Source: the human T2T-CHM13v2.0 reference genome, Homo sapiens. From it: DNA of 64,000 bases. The notes under the pieces were generated by a model. That model made no database searches and was not told the origin of the DNA. It saw only the letters and a program-made list of their open reading frames with translations. Shown one piece after another: positions 31,161 through 47,283 of the stretch (position 1 is the stretch's first letter; every line of letters starts with the position of its first letter). The DNA lies in the NCBI RefSeq assembly GCF_009914755.1, contig NC_060937.1; one strand, written 5' to 3'. The position numbers were made by a program, and so were the translations under genes.

Positions 31161-31365
31161 CATTTCTTCACATAAGTATTTCATCTGTGGCTGCTCACTC
31201 AGTTCCTCTTTTATATTATTTCTCACTTATTTTTCTCTTGCTCATTCCATGCCAACTGAATAATGTTTCTTCAAATGGCGCTTCCATTCATTTTTTACAT
31301 TGTGTATGTATATGTACATGTGCATATATGTTATCTTTGTATATGCTTCTAACATAAGGTCCACA

Positions 31366-31546
31366 TAAATCCAGTGCTGCCTGAAGAATTTTCTGCAAGG
31401 ATGGAAATTGTATGCCATTTGCACTATTCATATGTGGATACTAAGCACTGATATCCAACCACATAATTAAATGTTTACGTTTAATTCGATTGAATTGATT
31501 TTAATTTATATAGCCACTTGTGGCTAGTGGACTATGCAGCACTAGA
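31366..31546 (+). mobile_element. hAT-Charlie MITE MER3
   Basis: ccagtgctgcctgaagaattttctgcaaggatggaaa...atagccacttgtggctagtgg. Confidence 0.75.
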
Positions 31547-32039
31547 TGTTCCAGCTACTTGCAGTAATCATCTCTGAATACTTGCATGCCTAACTCTACT
31601 TCTATCTTCTCAAGCCTTTGTCCAATTGATGTCTTTTGTGTGAGACTTTTTCTGCCTTCTCTATATAATGTTGCAATTACTTCCCACCTCCCTTACAACC
31701 TCCATCCCTACAACCTCCATCCCCTATCTGCTCTACAGTTTTACTCTATAGCATTTATTGCTTTGCTACATAAAATGTGGTTATACATTTTTAATGTTTA
31801 TATTTATTTAAGATTTTTGGTGGTATTTGACTGATATAATTTATCTTTTCCCAATTGTAATTTTTTGTCCTTTGTTTTCTGAAATCGGATGTATTACTTT
31901 TTATTTTTCAGTAACTTTCATTCTAAGATTCTCAGGCTTTTAACTTATCATTACACCTAATAGTCTTTATTAAAAATAAGCAATTTATCTCTTCTGTAGG
32001 CTATGGGGTATTGTATGACTGACTATCACTTGTTAATAC

Positions 32040-32710
32040 CTTTAAAGAGTGAAACTTACTGTACACATATTAAGAAGAAATAATAAACAGATTTCAAAGG
32101 TCTCCACATGGAATGCTAAATGTGACAAATGAATCCAACTTTATGACATAATTAAATTGAGGATAATGGAGGGATAAGTAACCTCGAAAAATTATTTGAA
32201 TGGATAACTGTGAGACTAAGAAAACAAAACAGCCATAAATAGGACACTTTTCTTGGGAAATTTGTTTCTCACAGGAATGCAGGAGTCTAGTTTACAAATT
32301 TTGAAATTACTTTCTATGTATATTAAGTTTGTACAAATATGTCAATAAATTATAGATAATGGGAGCCAGGTTTCTCACTGACAGAATAGGAAGTTAATAA
32401 AGCAAGAGAGAGAGGTTATAATAAACTCTCTGGTGCTAGATTAGAGTCAAAGATATTATTATGAGCTCATGTTTATTTTAATATATACATGTGTGTATGG
32501 GTATATATGTATATTTAAAAACTTGCAAGAAGCTTTGAATATTTACATGGTTCACTCAGACATCTATCAGTAGATAGCTGGCTTTCATCAAGTTGATGGA
32601 TACAGAAGGAATTATAGATATGTATGTATATGTGAGTTAGTGTAATTATATAATTACTAGCTCTATCATCTGAAAGGTCCTAGAATCAGTGACAACACTG
32701 CAATAATACA
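32040..32710 (+). mobile_element. L1MC3-like 3'UTR fragment
   Basis: tagataatgggagccaggtttctcactg; ggtgctagattagagtcaaagata; gaaaggtcctagaatcagtgacaacac. Confidence 0.7.
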
Positions 32711-33146
32711 GTTTTAGTTGTTTTTCTTAATTTACATAACATATAATTACACCTAAATGAAGATTTTTTTTTAACGAACCATGCTTAATTTTTATTACTA
32801 AGTGTGATTTTGGACATTATCAATTACTCTACTTTTGATTCTCTAAACAACTTAAGTATATTTCAGTTACTCTGATAAATAACGTAGGCTTAAATTGATT
32901 AATTTTGTCTCTTTAGTGTAAACTATATTTATAGTTTAGATGAACTTCAGCAGAGAGCTGGGCATATAGACCTAATTCTGGACCGTCAGGTAAACATTGT
33001 GGAGAGATTTTCCTTAGTATATTCATATATTTTTACTTAAATTAGATCTTATCTAAGATTCTCATTATTTCAATTGTAGTGAATGGAAATCATCCCTAAA
33101 TTGATAAGAATTTGTCATCTACAATTAAATTAGTAGTTAGTCCTAA

Positions 33147-33471
<325 letters not shown>

Positions 33472-33903
33472 ACAAGATGCTATCTTAATCTGTTTATATA
33501 CATGCATAAGTTAAATATAGTAACTAAAAATGCAAGTACTATGTATTAATAGAACCATCACTATTGTAGAAGATTGATTGGTGGTCCTCCAAAAAATATG
33601 TCTATCCTGAAACTGTGAGTGTGACCTATTTTAGAAAAAGGATCATTACAGATAAAATTTAGTTAAAAATCTTGAGATGAGATCATACTGGATTAAAGTG
33701 GACCCCGAATCCAGTGACAAATGTTCTTATTAGATAAGAGAAGAAGAAAAACACAGAGGAGAAAGTGATGAGATGATAGAGGTCTATTACAGTTATACTG
33801 TCACAGGACAAGGAATACCTGGAGCCACCAGAAGCCAAAAAAGGCAAAAAAGGATTCTCCTCCAAAGCCTTCGTGGGGAACATTGATGGAAGTAAGTGAA
33901 TAA

Positions 33904-34526
<623 letters not shown>

Positions 34527-35825
34527 TTAAACCACCAATTTTGTGATGATTTATATGGCAGCCTAGGAAAGTAATATACCTTTATTCACCTTCAATTGTC
34601 CTTCAGTGGAAATTTGCTGAAAATCTTTAGTGGCATAGATCACTTCTTTCACCATCCCTTTATCTTCCCTATCTATTGATCTGGTTTTGTGGCCTATACC
34701 TGTTAGTTCTAGAATAGCCATTGACCTGCATCAGAGGCATTAGTATAAACTAAACCAAACCAAAACAAAGCAAAGTAAAAAATCCTCACTTTGTCTAACA
34801 TGAAGTACAAGTTTCACACTTTATTAATTAAATGGGCAGATAATTTACTTTCTCCCATAAAGTCAGAAAATATGTACTTCTGGTTCCTTTTTACACCAGC
34901 TATAGTTTTTCTTTCTGTAAAATATTAGGAATCTGTCTTCTTATGTAATGTCAGATTTCTCAATATTGTTTTTCACACTAAAGACATAGAAGCTCAATTT
35001 TCTATGTGTTCACCCCACCTCAAAAAAATCCTTTCAAAATCTAGTTTACTATAAAAATAAAATATTGATTGTTGTAATAAATTTTGACTTTAAGATATTT
35101 CTAACTAATTTCATAAATTATTGTTAACTCACAGAATTTTTATTACCATATGACTTTGTCTATACCATTATTACAAAATAATGAATAAATTAAACTTTTG
35201 CTTGTGAAGATACAATAATTATTGAACATTCAATACAATTGAATAAAATGTATCAAAGAGGAAGAAGTCAACATTGGAAAATAAAAATGAAGATTTGGTC
35301 AGAGAAATTATCACTCCCTTGACCATTATGATGAATATCACGAACATAATGAACACATATAAGTTGAAAAAAAGGTGAAAGCTGATCAGCTAAGAACAAG
35401 AACAGAGAATAAATTTTTGAGTGTTTGAGGAGAAAGGTGAGTTTTAAAATAGTCACATGGGAAGAGGGAGAGATGACTCAACCAGTGATGATTGCCTAGC
35501 AAGATGAAACATGCATTTTAGGTTCACTGTCATGAAACTGAATTTTTAAAGTATTTGTCTTTAGTCAAATTCTACTGTGCCGAATATAAGGAGAATAGTA
35601 TTTCTGTAAGGTAATGGCTTTGTCAAGCAAGACAAATGGAGGCAGTCAGCTGAGAGTTTGTTAGGGAAGTAGGAGGAAACAAGGAGAAGGTATGGAGCTG
35701 TGAGGCAAAGTAGATAGTGTAAAGTAGATGGTAAAGTAGATAGGAAACAGACAATCAATATCTGTAGATAAAAGTTAAATCCATTATCCTTTAAAAATCC
35801 TTTCTTAGTATGTAGGTGTTTCTAG

Positions 35826-36191
<366 letters not shown>

Positions 36192-36683
36192 TAATATATT
36201 TTGTAAACTCTTCATGAGAAGAGAATTTATCTTGTAGTTTATACATACTCTAAAGACTCCTAAACTTTTATACTCATGCAATCGTCATTCAATAGATACG
36301 TGAAATGAATATCTCTTGACGTTTTTACCAATCTTCATTTTCCAATTTTTAGCTCATATACATAATGCATAAATATACAGTCTACATTTTGGCTCAATTT
36401 TAAGTAGGCTATTTTAGGATATGAGGTTTTATAGATGTAGATGATCCTTCTTAGCTTCAATAATATAGTGGCATTGATTCATCTAAATGGAACTTTTAAT
36501 GTCACTGTACATTTCCTGCTAAATGGCATGCACACATTTCTGCATATATTAACTTTTTGGCATAAATTTAACATTTCTTTTTTACTTATTCTATATATAT
36601 ATGTATGAATGTATACTTTTTCCTTGTTTGATTTTTCATATTTTCATGCAAATGGATAAATATGTTAAAAAAATCATAATGGA

Positions 36684-37400
36684 TGTTAACTGAATAAAAA
36701 ATCCAAATAAATTTGGAAAGAAGGACTTTCTTTCTCATAAAAGGTTGCAGTCTGCAGTGTGGCCATGCTGACAGGTTGGGAACCATAGCTCTGGGTCAGA
36801 AGCTGAAAACAGACATTTCAAGGGAGTGGCAAAGGAACAGGAATTAATGCTGAGCAGGATGGCCAGATACACATATTTAATAAACTATAGGAGGAGTCAT
36901 GAATATTTATGAAAGGAGAAACATGCACATACACAGTTGAGCTTCATGCCTGTCTGTGGGTCCCATGTCCAAAAAATTAACATGATCCAACGGTGGAGTT
37001 TCTGGCTCTCTGAAGTCAAAAGGTGAAGCAGAGGACATGAAAAGTCCTCACTGTACATTATTCGTAGATTGGCCAGAACCACTTCCTGGTTGGTTGTCTC
37101 TTATCAGGAAGGAATACTGTAAGTTGTTTCATTGAAGCTGCTAAAAGGGAGGAGCAGCATTATTAGGTGGTTGTTTAAAATCGGCTCTGCAGAGCCTTTT
37201 GAAAGGGCTGGTTTCTGTTTGGTCCTTAGGAAAGAAAGCCTAATGACGATTAGTGAGGGGTCAGGTGTAAAAAGGTGTGTCCAACCTCCCGTTCTGTCAT
37301 GGCTGGGAACTCAGAGTTCACGATTTCTCCTAGGTTCCCTTGGCCAAGAGGGTGTCCATTCAGTCATGTGAGGGGCTTGGGATTTCGTTCTTTTCTCACA
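36684..37400 (-). mobile_element. ERV1 MER4-group solo LTR (LTR48-like)
   Basis: Reverse complement begins tgtgagaaaag...cccaagcccc...actgaatggacaccctcttggccaaggg; TG...CA termini; subfamily uncertain. Confidence 0.75.
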
Positions 37401-37892
37401 AAGGAATTCATAGGAAGTCAAGTACCTGTGCATTAAGGCCACATGCTTAGTCATTCACTTTTACTAACACAACCTCACATTTAAGCTCAATTTTCTTCAG
37501 GTTCCTCATCTTAAAACAGTTGAATTTACACGAGTAATTTGTAAATTTGTGTTGCTTATGATCTAAGGTTGAGTATTTTTTAGGTAATGTTGCTGAAAAA
37601 AAGTGTAAGAAAAATAAAACATTATAAGAATAGATTAAATGACAAAAAGCTATTCCCATAAAAGGGTTTTGTATTAAAAAATGAATATTTTCCTAATTGT
37701 GCTCATAATGTGGAAATTTTATAAAATTATGCAAATATTTTTGAAGTTCCCTTATAGTTTATAAGGATAATGGTATATTATTAATAAGAAAGGGTGTATA
37801 TTTCATTTTTTTTAAATCCTATTTTTCAGAAATATTATTTGAGTTTGCAGAGATATGAGTTAAATAACTAAACACAAATTGCCAGCGTGGAT

Positions 37893-38443
37893 TGTTGAGA
37901 GACTGTTTTCCATGGTTGTCTTGCATTTCTGAACATCTTGAGATGAGGCAATTCTGCCTGTTGGTCTGAGCTGTCTTTCTAAAGATGCCTGTATGCTAAA
38001 TGGGTTTGTAATACATGGATAAATATCTATTGCCTTGAGGCAAAGGGCAGATTTGCTTATAGGATTGGAATGTGGAGATAGTGTTTCCCTCTGTAGCAGA
38101 CAGTGAATGTGTTTACTCTCCAGTTCAATAAATGCAGTGCCTGAATTCAAAGCACAGAACGAGAATGCTAAGTCATGATTGTTTTCCAAGCTGAGGGTCC
38201 CTATCCTTTAATGCAAACCACTTCATATATAGGCATCCACTGGGCCTACATAGCCTTGAATCTATGAGATTTGGCTAGAAATCATGTGTTGATATTCACG
38301 TTGATTGCTGTGCTGTGAGTAACGGGGTCCTTTCTCTCTGACTCATGAGTGTTGTGTCTTCTGCCAGTAACTATGAAATTGTGGCAGGCTAACTTGTTGA
38401 CTGGCTGGTAAGGTAAAATTTCAGACCCTTGTTATTTCTTGAC
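37893..38443 (+). mobile_element. LTR40a-like 5' LTR of an ERVL-class provirus
   Basis: TGTTGAGAGACTGTTTTCCATGG...aggtaaaatttcagacccttgttatttcttgac, followed by internal sequence. Confidence 0.82.
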
Positions 38444-41230
38444 GTTTTCGTGTGAAAAAGTGAATGCTCATAGTGAGATGGCTTTTTTTGAAGATTTGGT
38501 AGACAATTTATAGGACTTAAGGGAGTCCATAGAAATTAGTAGCAAACATGTACATCAATTTTAAGGAAAACTGGCGATATGCTCCAGGATTTTGTTGACT
38601 TTTAGAAAAGAGGAATTGAGACGTGAGTGTTGGAAAATCGTTCAAAAATCAGTCTTCTGAGTGTTGTTGTCTTGGTTGGTGGTAACTCTTCTCCCAGAAG
38701 AGGAACTTTCTTGCTGTCTGGTATTCAGATAAGTTTGCTCCACTGCAATCATTAGTACTATGATTTATCCTGGGTGAGCAGAAGGTTCTGACTTTTCTCT
38801 CACTCCGTCACCTGACAATAGATATAGAAATATGTAAACTCTGCTGCACAAAAAAAGAAGAAAATTCATGAATGCTCTCAGCCAAAAATCAGAGTATTTT
38901 TAAAACTTTGGGTCATTGGGAGAGAAAGAGGTGCTTGTTAGGAAAGCATGGCAAGAGGTGGGTCATTGTACAGTTCAGAGTCCTCTATCGTGACAGCATT
39001 GTATTAATTAAGAAATAAATACATAAATAATCTTTATTGAGTTATTGACAGTGAGTATAGGGTACTATAAGGGATTTGGCAGTCTTGGGAAAATTTCTGT
39101 GAGACAGACAACTCTCATGTGAAAACACAGATAAAGCGTTGAACACTTATTGTAGATTTTATTGCTCCAAATCAAGTTTAAAATACCAGTGAAGTAACTG
39201 CAAGAGAATAAGTGAGAGATCCAAATACATCTATATAAATTCTTGCAATCATCCTTTCTAACATGAAAAACACCCCTCTCTCCTGAGTTAAAACCAGCCC
39301 GAAATATGAGAGATAGTATCAGGACGACTGTACAGAAAATCACCCAGATAAAAATAAACTTTCAAAAAGGGACTATTTAAGCTTCTTATAGATTCTGGAT
39401 ATTAGACCTTTGTGGGATGCATAGATTGCAAATGTTTTCTCTAGTTCTGTAGGTTTTCTTTTTACCCTGTTGATAGTTTCTTTTGCTGTGCAGAAGTTCT
39501 TTAGTTTGATTAGGTCTCACTTGTTAATTTTTGTTTTAATTTTTGTTTTTTGTTGCAATTGCTTTTGAGGTCTTCGTTGCACAATTCACAATAGCAAAAT
39601 ATGGAATCAACGTAGATGCCCATTTATAGTAGAGTGGATAAAGAAAATGTGGGCCATGTACACCATGGAATACTATGCAACCATATAAAAGAATGAAATT
39701 ATGTCCTTTGCAGCAACATGGGTGCAGCTGGAGGCCAATATTCTAAGCAAATTAATGCAGGAACAAAAAAATCTAAATACCGCATGTTCTCACTTATAAG
39801 TGGGAGCTAAACAGTGAGTATACTTGTACTCAAAGAAGGAAACAATAGACACTGGAGCCTACATGAGGGTGGAGGGTGGGAGTAGAGTTAAAATCAAAAA
39901 ATTATCTATTGGATGCTATGCTCACTACCCTGGGCAACAAAATAGTTTGTACACCAAACGTCTGTGACACACAATTTACCCACATAACAAAACTCCACGT
40001 GTACCTCCTGAACCTAAGATAAAAGCTGGAAGGAGAAAACAAGCCTTGGTCAGCCAGAGCGGTAAATTGTATGGTTCCAGAGGAAAAGCAAAGTGATGTG
40101 GCTGTGATTGATGAGTCAAGGGATCCTCAAAGCTGAAGTTGTTGGTGCTGGTAATTACTTTACAGCCAATGTGGGGTACAAAACATTAGAACAAAACGTT
40201 GTAAATTTGGTTGAGCATCAAACAACCATAATGCTGCATGAAACTAAAAGTAAATATCCCTCAATCACAGGTTTGGAGACACTCTTGTCCTCTATTGATT
40301 CTCATCTGTCTTCAGCTGCTTTAATGTGAAAGATGATTTTCTTCTCACTTCAGCTGCTTTAACGTGAAAGATGGTTAGGGGTGGAGATGAATTCCAAGAG
40401 TGACTGATGGCTATACATTCTCAAAGAAATTTGAGGAGGGAAGAGAACCAAACTTTTATGTCTCTTAAATATAGATGTGGAAGTTTCTGGAGTTTGGATA
40501 AGTTTTTCAGTGGAGAAAGCACACTAACATGAACTTGTGTGTGGCATCCTTTAGGACCGTGTAATGTATGTTGTTGTTTCTATCTCTATATGTATAGTAA
40601 GAATTGATGTATTATGAACTGCTTCTTATATTCTATGCTCCCTCTTCCCCATCCCATAAGTCCCAGAATGGATTCTCTGATTGAGGGGAATTGGATGTGC
40701 AGAACTGCTTGTACTTTTAAGATTCCAATATACTAAAAAAAACCTATGAGTTAAAACCTTTGCTATGGATATTTTGATAATTAGAACCTCTGGTAAATTG
40801 AGGCAACCTCCACTGAGAAGCACTCTTTGGAATTTTGAATGTGTTACCTATCCCTAATAGGTTCAGTTGTGGACAGCTATCAGATACACTGTTTTTAAAA
40901 AGTACCTCTTGTCTTGCTACTGGAATTTTGTTGAAACTACATACCTGACCCAAGGAGGCCATTTGACTCTCTGATTTGAAATTCTCAGTTTGCTGTGGAT
41001 CATATCTTGGATCTCATGACTAACATGGTGGTAGTATACAACGAATCTCACCAGTCAAATGGAAATGATATAGAATGCAGCCGAACAGCCCCTGTAGCAA
41101 CTTGATTATACATAAAATAGTAGCAGCTATCTCTTTGATGAAACCTTTATCTCTCATTTCACCATATGAAGAAAAAGCACTAGCATGATAGGGCCCTCCA
41201 CTTGCAGACTTTCACCTAAGTGCCTGGTCT
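38444..41230 (+). mobile_element. ERVL-class internal region (probable gag/pro, recognisable pol remnant), interrupted by an L1
   Basis: From 40882 the frame reads RYTVFKKYLLSCYWNFVETTYLTQGGHLTL*FEIL, resembling ERVL pol (RYTPFEKQLLACYWALVETE). Confidence 0.7.
39378..40038. mobile_element. L1PA15/16-like insertion with 5' inversion (minus 39378-39577, plus 39578-40038)
   Basis: Antisense ORF2 segment (gattctggatattagacctttg) abutting sense ORF2 end and 3'UTR (catgttctcacttataagtgggagctaaac...aacctaagataaaag). Confidence 0.88.
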
Positions 41231-41234
41231 ATAT

Positions 41235-41236
<2 letters not shown>

Positions 41237-41272
<36 letters not shown>
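41237..41272. repeat. (CA)n microsatellite
   Basis: Pure CA run. Confidence 0.95.
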
Positions 41273-41276
<4 letters not shown>

Positions 41277-41584
41277 ATTTATTAAAACATACCAAGAAGC
41301 TGATACATAAGTTTGAAAATTGTAGTTAAATTTACTAATATCAAAATTTCTTCTTCCCTGGGACCATGGACCCCTAGTTTGAGGTTAAGAATAAATAACA
41401 TGCTATTATTTTTATTTTAGGGGTATGTTCTTTTATATAAAAGCTTTATTTTGATATAATTCTCACATATATTTCACCAATGTAATGTATAAGATTCAAT
41501 GGTGTTATTATATTCAAAGAGTTGTGTAACTATCAACAGAAACAATGTTAAAAGATTTTCATCATCATAAAAAGAAACTCTGTG

Positions 41585-41874
41585 GGCTGGGTGCAGTGGC
41601 TTATGCCTGTAATCCCAGAACTTTGGGAGGCTGAGGCGGGTGGATCACCTGAGGTCAGGAGTTCAAAACCAGTCTGACCAACATGGTGAAACCGCATCTC
41701 TACTAAAAATACAAAAATTAGCTGGGTGCGATGGTGGGCTCCTGTAATCCTAGCTACTCAGGAGGCTGAGGCAGGAGAATCACTTGAATCAAGAGGCAAA
41801 GGTAGCACAGAGCCAAGATCACACCATTGCACCCCAGCCTGGGTGACAGAGCAAGACTCCATCTCAATAAAAGA
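41585..41874 (+). mobile_element. Alu SINE (AluSx-like)
   Basis: TSD aaaaagaaac(t/c)ctgt at 41569-41583 and 41875-41889. Confidence 0.95.
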
Positions 41875-42574
41875 AAAAAGAAACCCTGTCCAATTAGTAG
41901 TCTTTCCTCATTTCCTCCCATACCTTACTCTGGGCAAACGCCAATCTACTTTCTGTCACCATAGATTTGACTATTCTGGACATTTCATGTAAGTGGAATT
42001 ATAAAATATATGATTTTTTTTACTAGTTTTTTCACTTAGCATAATACATTCATTGATATTGTAGCATTGAACATGCTATGTCATGTTGAATGTTTAAATG
42101 TTCAACATGTTTGATTCACATTGTAGCATGTATCAGTTATCATTCTTTTTTGTTGATGAATAATATTCTATTATGCAGATATACATTATCCACTCATCAG
42201 TTCATGAACATTTGTTTAGTTTCTGATATTTGGTTACTATGAATAATACTCTTATAAACATCCACATGTGAGTGTTTGTGTGAACATATGTTTTCATTTC
42301 TCTTGAGTACATACCTAGGAGTAGAATTTCTGGGTTATGTGGAAACTCTACATTTAAATGTTTTGAGAAATAGCCAATCTGTTTCCAAAAGGAGGTGCCC
42401 TATTTTACACTCCTGCAAGTAGTGTATGTGGGTTTTATTTTTTCCTCTTTCTCTCTAACACTGATTATATTTTTATTTTGAAAAAGTGAATTTAAAAAAT
42501 AGCCTTCCTAGTGTAGGAAGAGGTTTTCATTATGGTTTTGACTTGCATTTTCCTAGACTAACAATGTTCAGCAT

Positions 42575-42965
<391 letters not shown>

Positions 42966-45900
42966 TAGTTTTTATTATTGAAATGAAGGGGTTATATTTT
43001 ATAGATTAAAGTCTATTATCAGATGTATATTTTGCAAATATTCTTGATTATCTGAGTTGTCTTTTCAGTCTTGATGGTATATTTTGAAGCACAAAAGTTT
43101 TTAATTTTGATGAAGATGAACTTATTCTATTTTTGTGTTGCTTGTGATTGTTTTATGTATGTTATAGCTATAAAGGCTCTATCAAAACCAAATTTGTAAA
43201 GACTTACTCCTATGTTTCCTTCTAATAATTTGATAGTTTTACTTCTAACAGTTACGTATTTCATCATTTTGGCTTAAATTATTTATGTAGTTTGCAGAAG
43301 GGCAACAGTTTCATTCTTTTCCATGTGGATATACAATTATCCCATTTATTTGCCCCATCAAATGGTCTTGGTATACATGTCAAAATTCATTTGCTCATAA
43401 ACACAAGGGTTTATTTCTGATCTCTCCATTCTATTTTATTGAGCTGTGTCTATCATTACGGAAGTGTCACAATGTCTTACAGCTTTTTGGTAGTTTTGAA
43501 TGCAGAAAAGATGAGTCATCTAATTTTTTTCTTTTATAAATTGGTTTCACCATTTGTGACTCATATGTATTAATTTTAAAATCAACCTGTCAATTTCTTC
43601 AGGAAATGCCAGCTAGGATGTTGATAGGGATTGTGTGAATTAATTTGGTAACAGCATTTTAGCAATATTAAATCTATGAAAATGAGTTTTTTCCATTTAC
43701 TTAATTTTCCATTTATTCATTTCTTTAAATAATGTTTTATAGTCTTTAGTGAACATATCATGTCCTTTTTGGTTAAATCTTAACTAAGTATTTTGTTCTT
43801 TTTGATGGTATTTGAATAATTTTTTTCCTTATTTGATTTTCATTTTGTTCATTGTCATGTACACAAATATAATTGATTCTTGTATATTGATTGTGCATCC
43901 TATAACCTTGCTGAATTCACATATTAGATTTAATATATTTAGTAAATTCCTTAGGCTTTTCTATATATGAGATTATGCCATGAGCAAATAGAGATTGTTG
44001 TTACTTTTTTATTTCCACTGTGTACGATATTTACTTTTGTTGCATGATATACCTGGTGAGAACTTCCAATACAATGTTGAATAATAGTGGTGAAAGAAAA
44101 CATCTTTTTCTTCTCCTGAAGTTAGAAGGAAACCATTTAGTCCTTGACTATAAAGTATGAGGTTAGCTGGGGTTTTTGCATAGTTGCTATGATAAATATC
44201 AGGGTGAAGAAACTTTCTTTTATTCCTAGTTTGTTGTGTGTTTTTATCATAAAAGGTGTTGGACTTTATCATAAAGGTATTAAATTTCTGTCTATGTCAG
44301 AAGTTTTTTTTTTGAGTTTGTGGAGATAATAATGTAGTTTTCGTCTTTTGTTCTATTTATACAATATATTGTATTAATTTATTTTGGGATGTTGAGCCAA
44401 CCTTGCATTCTGAGAATATTTTCCATTTGGTTATGGTGTGTAATCTTTTTCAGTTAATGCTGAATGTACTCTAGTTGTATTTTTTTCTGTATTGTTTTTT
44501 ATTCTCCATGTTATTAGTTTTCGCTCTAATTTTTATTATTTTATTTCTTCTCTTTATATTAGATTTAGTATGTCCTTATTTTTAATGTTTTGTTTCTTTG
44601 ATTGTAGGCATTTATAGGCATACATTTCTATCTAAGCACTGATTAAGCTGTATTCCATGCATGTGGGTATGTTTTGTCTTCATTTTCATCAATATCAAAG
44701 GGCTTTCTAATTTCTCTTGTGATTTCTTCTTTGATTTATTGATTGGTTATTTAGGTGCATGTCGTTTAGTTTAATAGTATTTGTGCATTTCCAAGAATTT
44801 TTTCTGTTATGGATTCTAACATTATTATATTTCAGTTCCAAAACATATGTTGTGTGCTTTCAATTCTTTGAAATATATTGAGGCTTATTTTATTACCTAT
44901 AATTTTTTTTAAGAATATTCTGGGTGCACTTGAGAAGTAAATTCAGCTTTGATTGAATGGAGTGTTTCATAGATGACTGTTAGGTATAACTGACTTGTAA
45001 AGTTTAAATCTTCTATTTCCTTTTTATTTTCTTACTAATTGTTCTATTTATTATTGAAAGTGGGATATTAAAGTTTCTATCTATTGCTATTTAATGGACT
45101 ATTTCTCTTCAATTCTGTAAGTTTTTGTTTCAGCAAACTTGGCACTCTATTTCTGGTTGCATATTGGTTTATATTGTTATATATTTCTGATGGATTGATT
45201 CTTTGTTACTATTAAAATAATTATCTTTTTCTTCTGTACATCTGAAAACATTTGTCTGTTAATAAACTCTCTCCATTTTTTTCTCCTAGTATACTTACTC
45301 TAGCTTTCTTAAGTTCACTGTTTGCATAAAGCACAGTTTCTGCCCTTTACTTCAGAATCTATTTGTGTCTTTGGATCTAAAGTATTTCTCCTATAGACTG
45401 CATAGACTTGAGTATTGTTTTTTTGTTTGTTTGTTGATTGGTTGGTTGACTTTTTTCTAGTCTCACATTCTCTGATTTTGATCAGTTTGTCTAATCCATA
45501 TATATATGTAATGTAATTATTATAATTTCATTGTTAAGTGTAATATATTTATATCTGGTATACACCCAATGATGCAATGGTATAACTATTGTTTTATAGA
45601 GTTACTAATTAAGTTGGCTAAGTGTATAAGAAGAAGAAATATGCATTTTTACTATCATTCATACTTACATAATTATTTTTACCTGTGCTCTGTTTTTTTC
45701 ATGTGGATTCTAATTACATTATGGGGTCACTTGCTTTCACCATAAAGAACTTCCATTATTATTTCTTGTCAAACAGTTTTGCTTGCAAATAACTTCTATG
45801 GTTTATTTGGGCATTTCTTTATTTCACCTTTATATTTGAAAACATGTGCTCTCAGTATAAGATTCTTGGTTGATATTTTTTTCTCTCAGTGCTTTGAGTA

Positions 45901-46828
45901 TGTCTTCTCACTTCCTCTCCTCAATTGTTACTGGTCAGAAATTAGCTGTTTCTCATACTGGGGCTTTTTTGAATGTGATGAAATGTTTTTTCTTGCTGCT
46001 TTAAAGATTTGTTCTCTGTCATTGTCTTGAAGTATTTTTACTATGATGTATGTGGGTATGAATCTCTCTGCACTTATTCTACTTAGAGTTCATTGAGCTT
46101 ATTGGTTTAAGGATTAATGTCTTTTATAAAATTGTTAAGTAATTACTTGAAATATTTATCTGCTACTTTATTTCTCTCGTGTTCTCTTTCTTTTGGTATT
46201 CCCTTTGCATGTATATTGTTGTGCTTAATAGTGTCCCACATATTTCTGAGGTTCTATTTATGTGTTTATTTATTTTTTCTGTTTATAGAGCACATAATTT
46301 CTACAGATTTGTCTCCAAGCTTGCTGATATTTTCCTCTGCCAATTCATATCCACTTGTGAGCCCCTTTGGTAAATTTTGTATTTCAAATATTGTAATTTT
46401 CAATTCCAGAATTTTAATTTGACTCTTTATATTTTCTATTTCTCTAGTGATATTCTATATTTGATGAGACAATGATATTTTATCCTTTTTTTTTTAACAT
46501 CTTTAAGCATGGTTTTCCTTGGGCTTTCAAATGTAATTATAATAGTTACTTTGAATATTTTGTCTACTAAGGCTGACATTTGAGCCATCTCACATCCAGT
46601 TTTTTAACACTGCTGCTCTCCAATCTCCCATTTCTGGGGCCACAGTTTTCTGTGTGGGTACCTCACAATTTTTTGCTTACAGTTGGACATTTTGGATAAT
46701 TTATTGTATCAAGTCTAGATATTGATTTCCCTTTTCTTTTTCTTCAGGGATTGCATTTGTTTTTATCTCATTGTGTGTTTATTTGTTTAGTAACTTGGGC
46801 AAGACTATTTTAGTAAAGTGTATTTTCT

Positions 46829-46915
46829 TTTCTTTTTTTTTTTTTTTGAAATTTAGTCTCCCCCTGTTGTCCAGGCTGGAGTGCAGTGTCGCAATCTCAG
46901 CTCACTGCAACCTCC
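46829..46915 (-). mobile_element. Severely 5'-truncated Alu (87 bp)
   Basis: Perfect 17-bp TSD agtaaagtgtattttct at 46812-46828 and 46916-46932. Confidence 0.92.
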
Positions 46916-47257
46916 AGTAAAGTGTATTTTCTATACAGTGTAAAGCCTCTGCTGTCACTCCTCTAAGGTATAAGGAGATTATCTTTGTGTATGAAGACAA
47001 TCATCCTGGTATAATAGTGATTCTACAGGGCTTTCGTAGATAGTCTTTCCTTTATATTTCTCTTAACCTGTCTACCTCCGTTGGCATCTCCCCTATCTGG
47101 TAGACATCATGAATTGCCCGCTGATTGCCCTATTGAGTTCAACAATTCCCTGTAGCATAAATTACTTCACAGTCTCTTTGAAACAGTAGTTTTCTGAGGC
47201 TAGTTTTTGAGGTTTGTTTTTACGAGATGAATGGTCTTTTTACCTTTCTTTTCTGGG

Positions 47258-47283
47258 TGTGTGTGTGTGTGTGTGTGTGTGTG
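47258..47283. repeat. (GT)n microsatellite
   Basis: Pure GT run. Confidence 0.95.
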
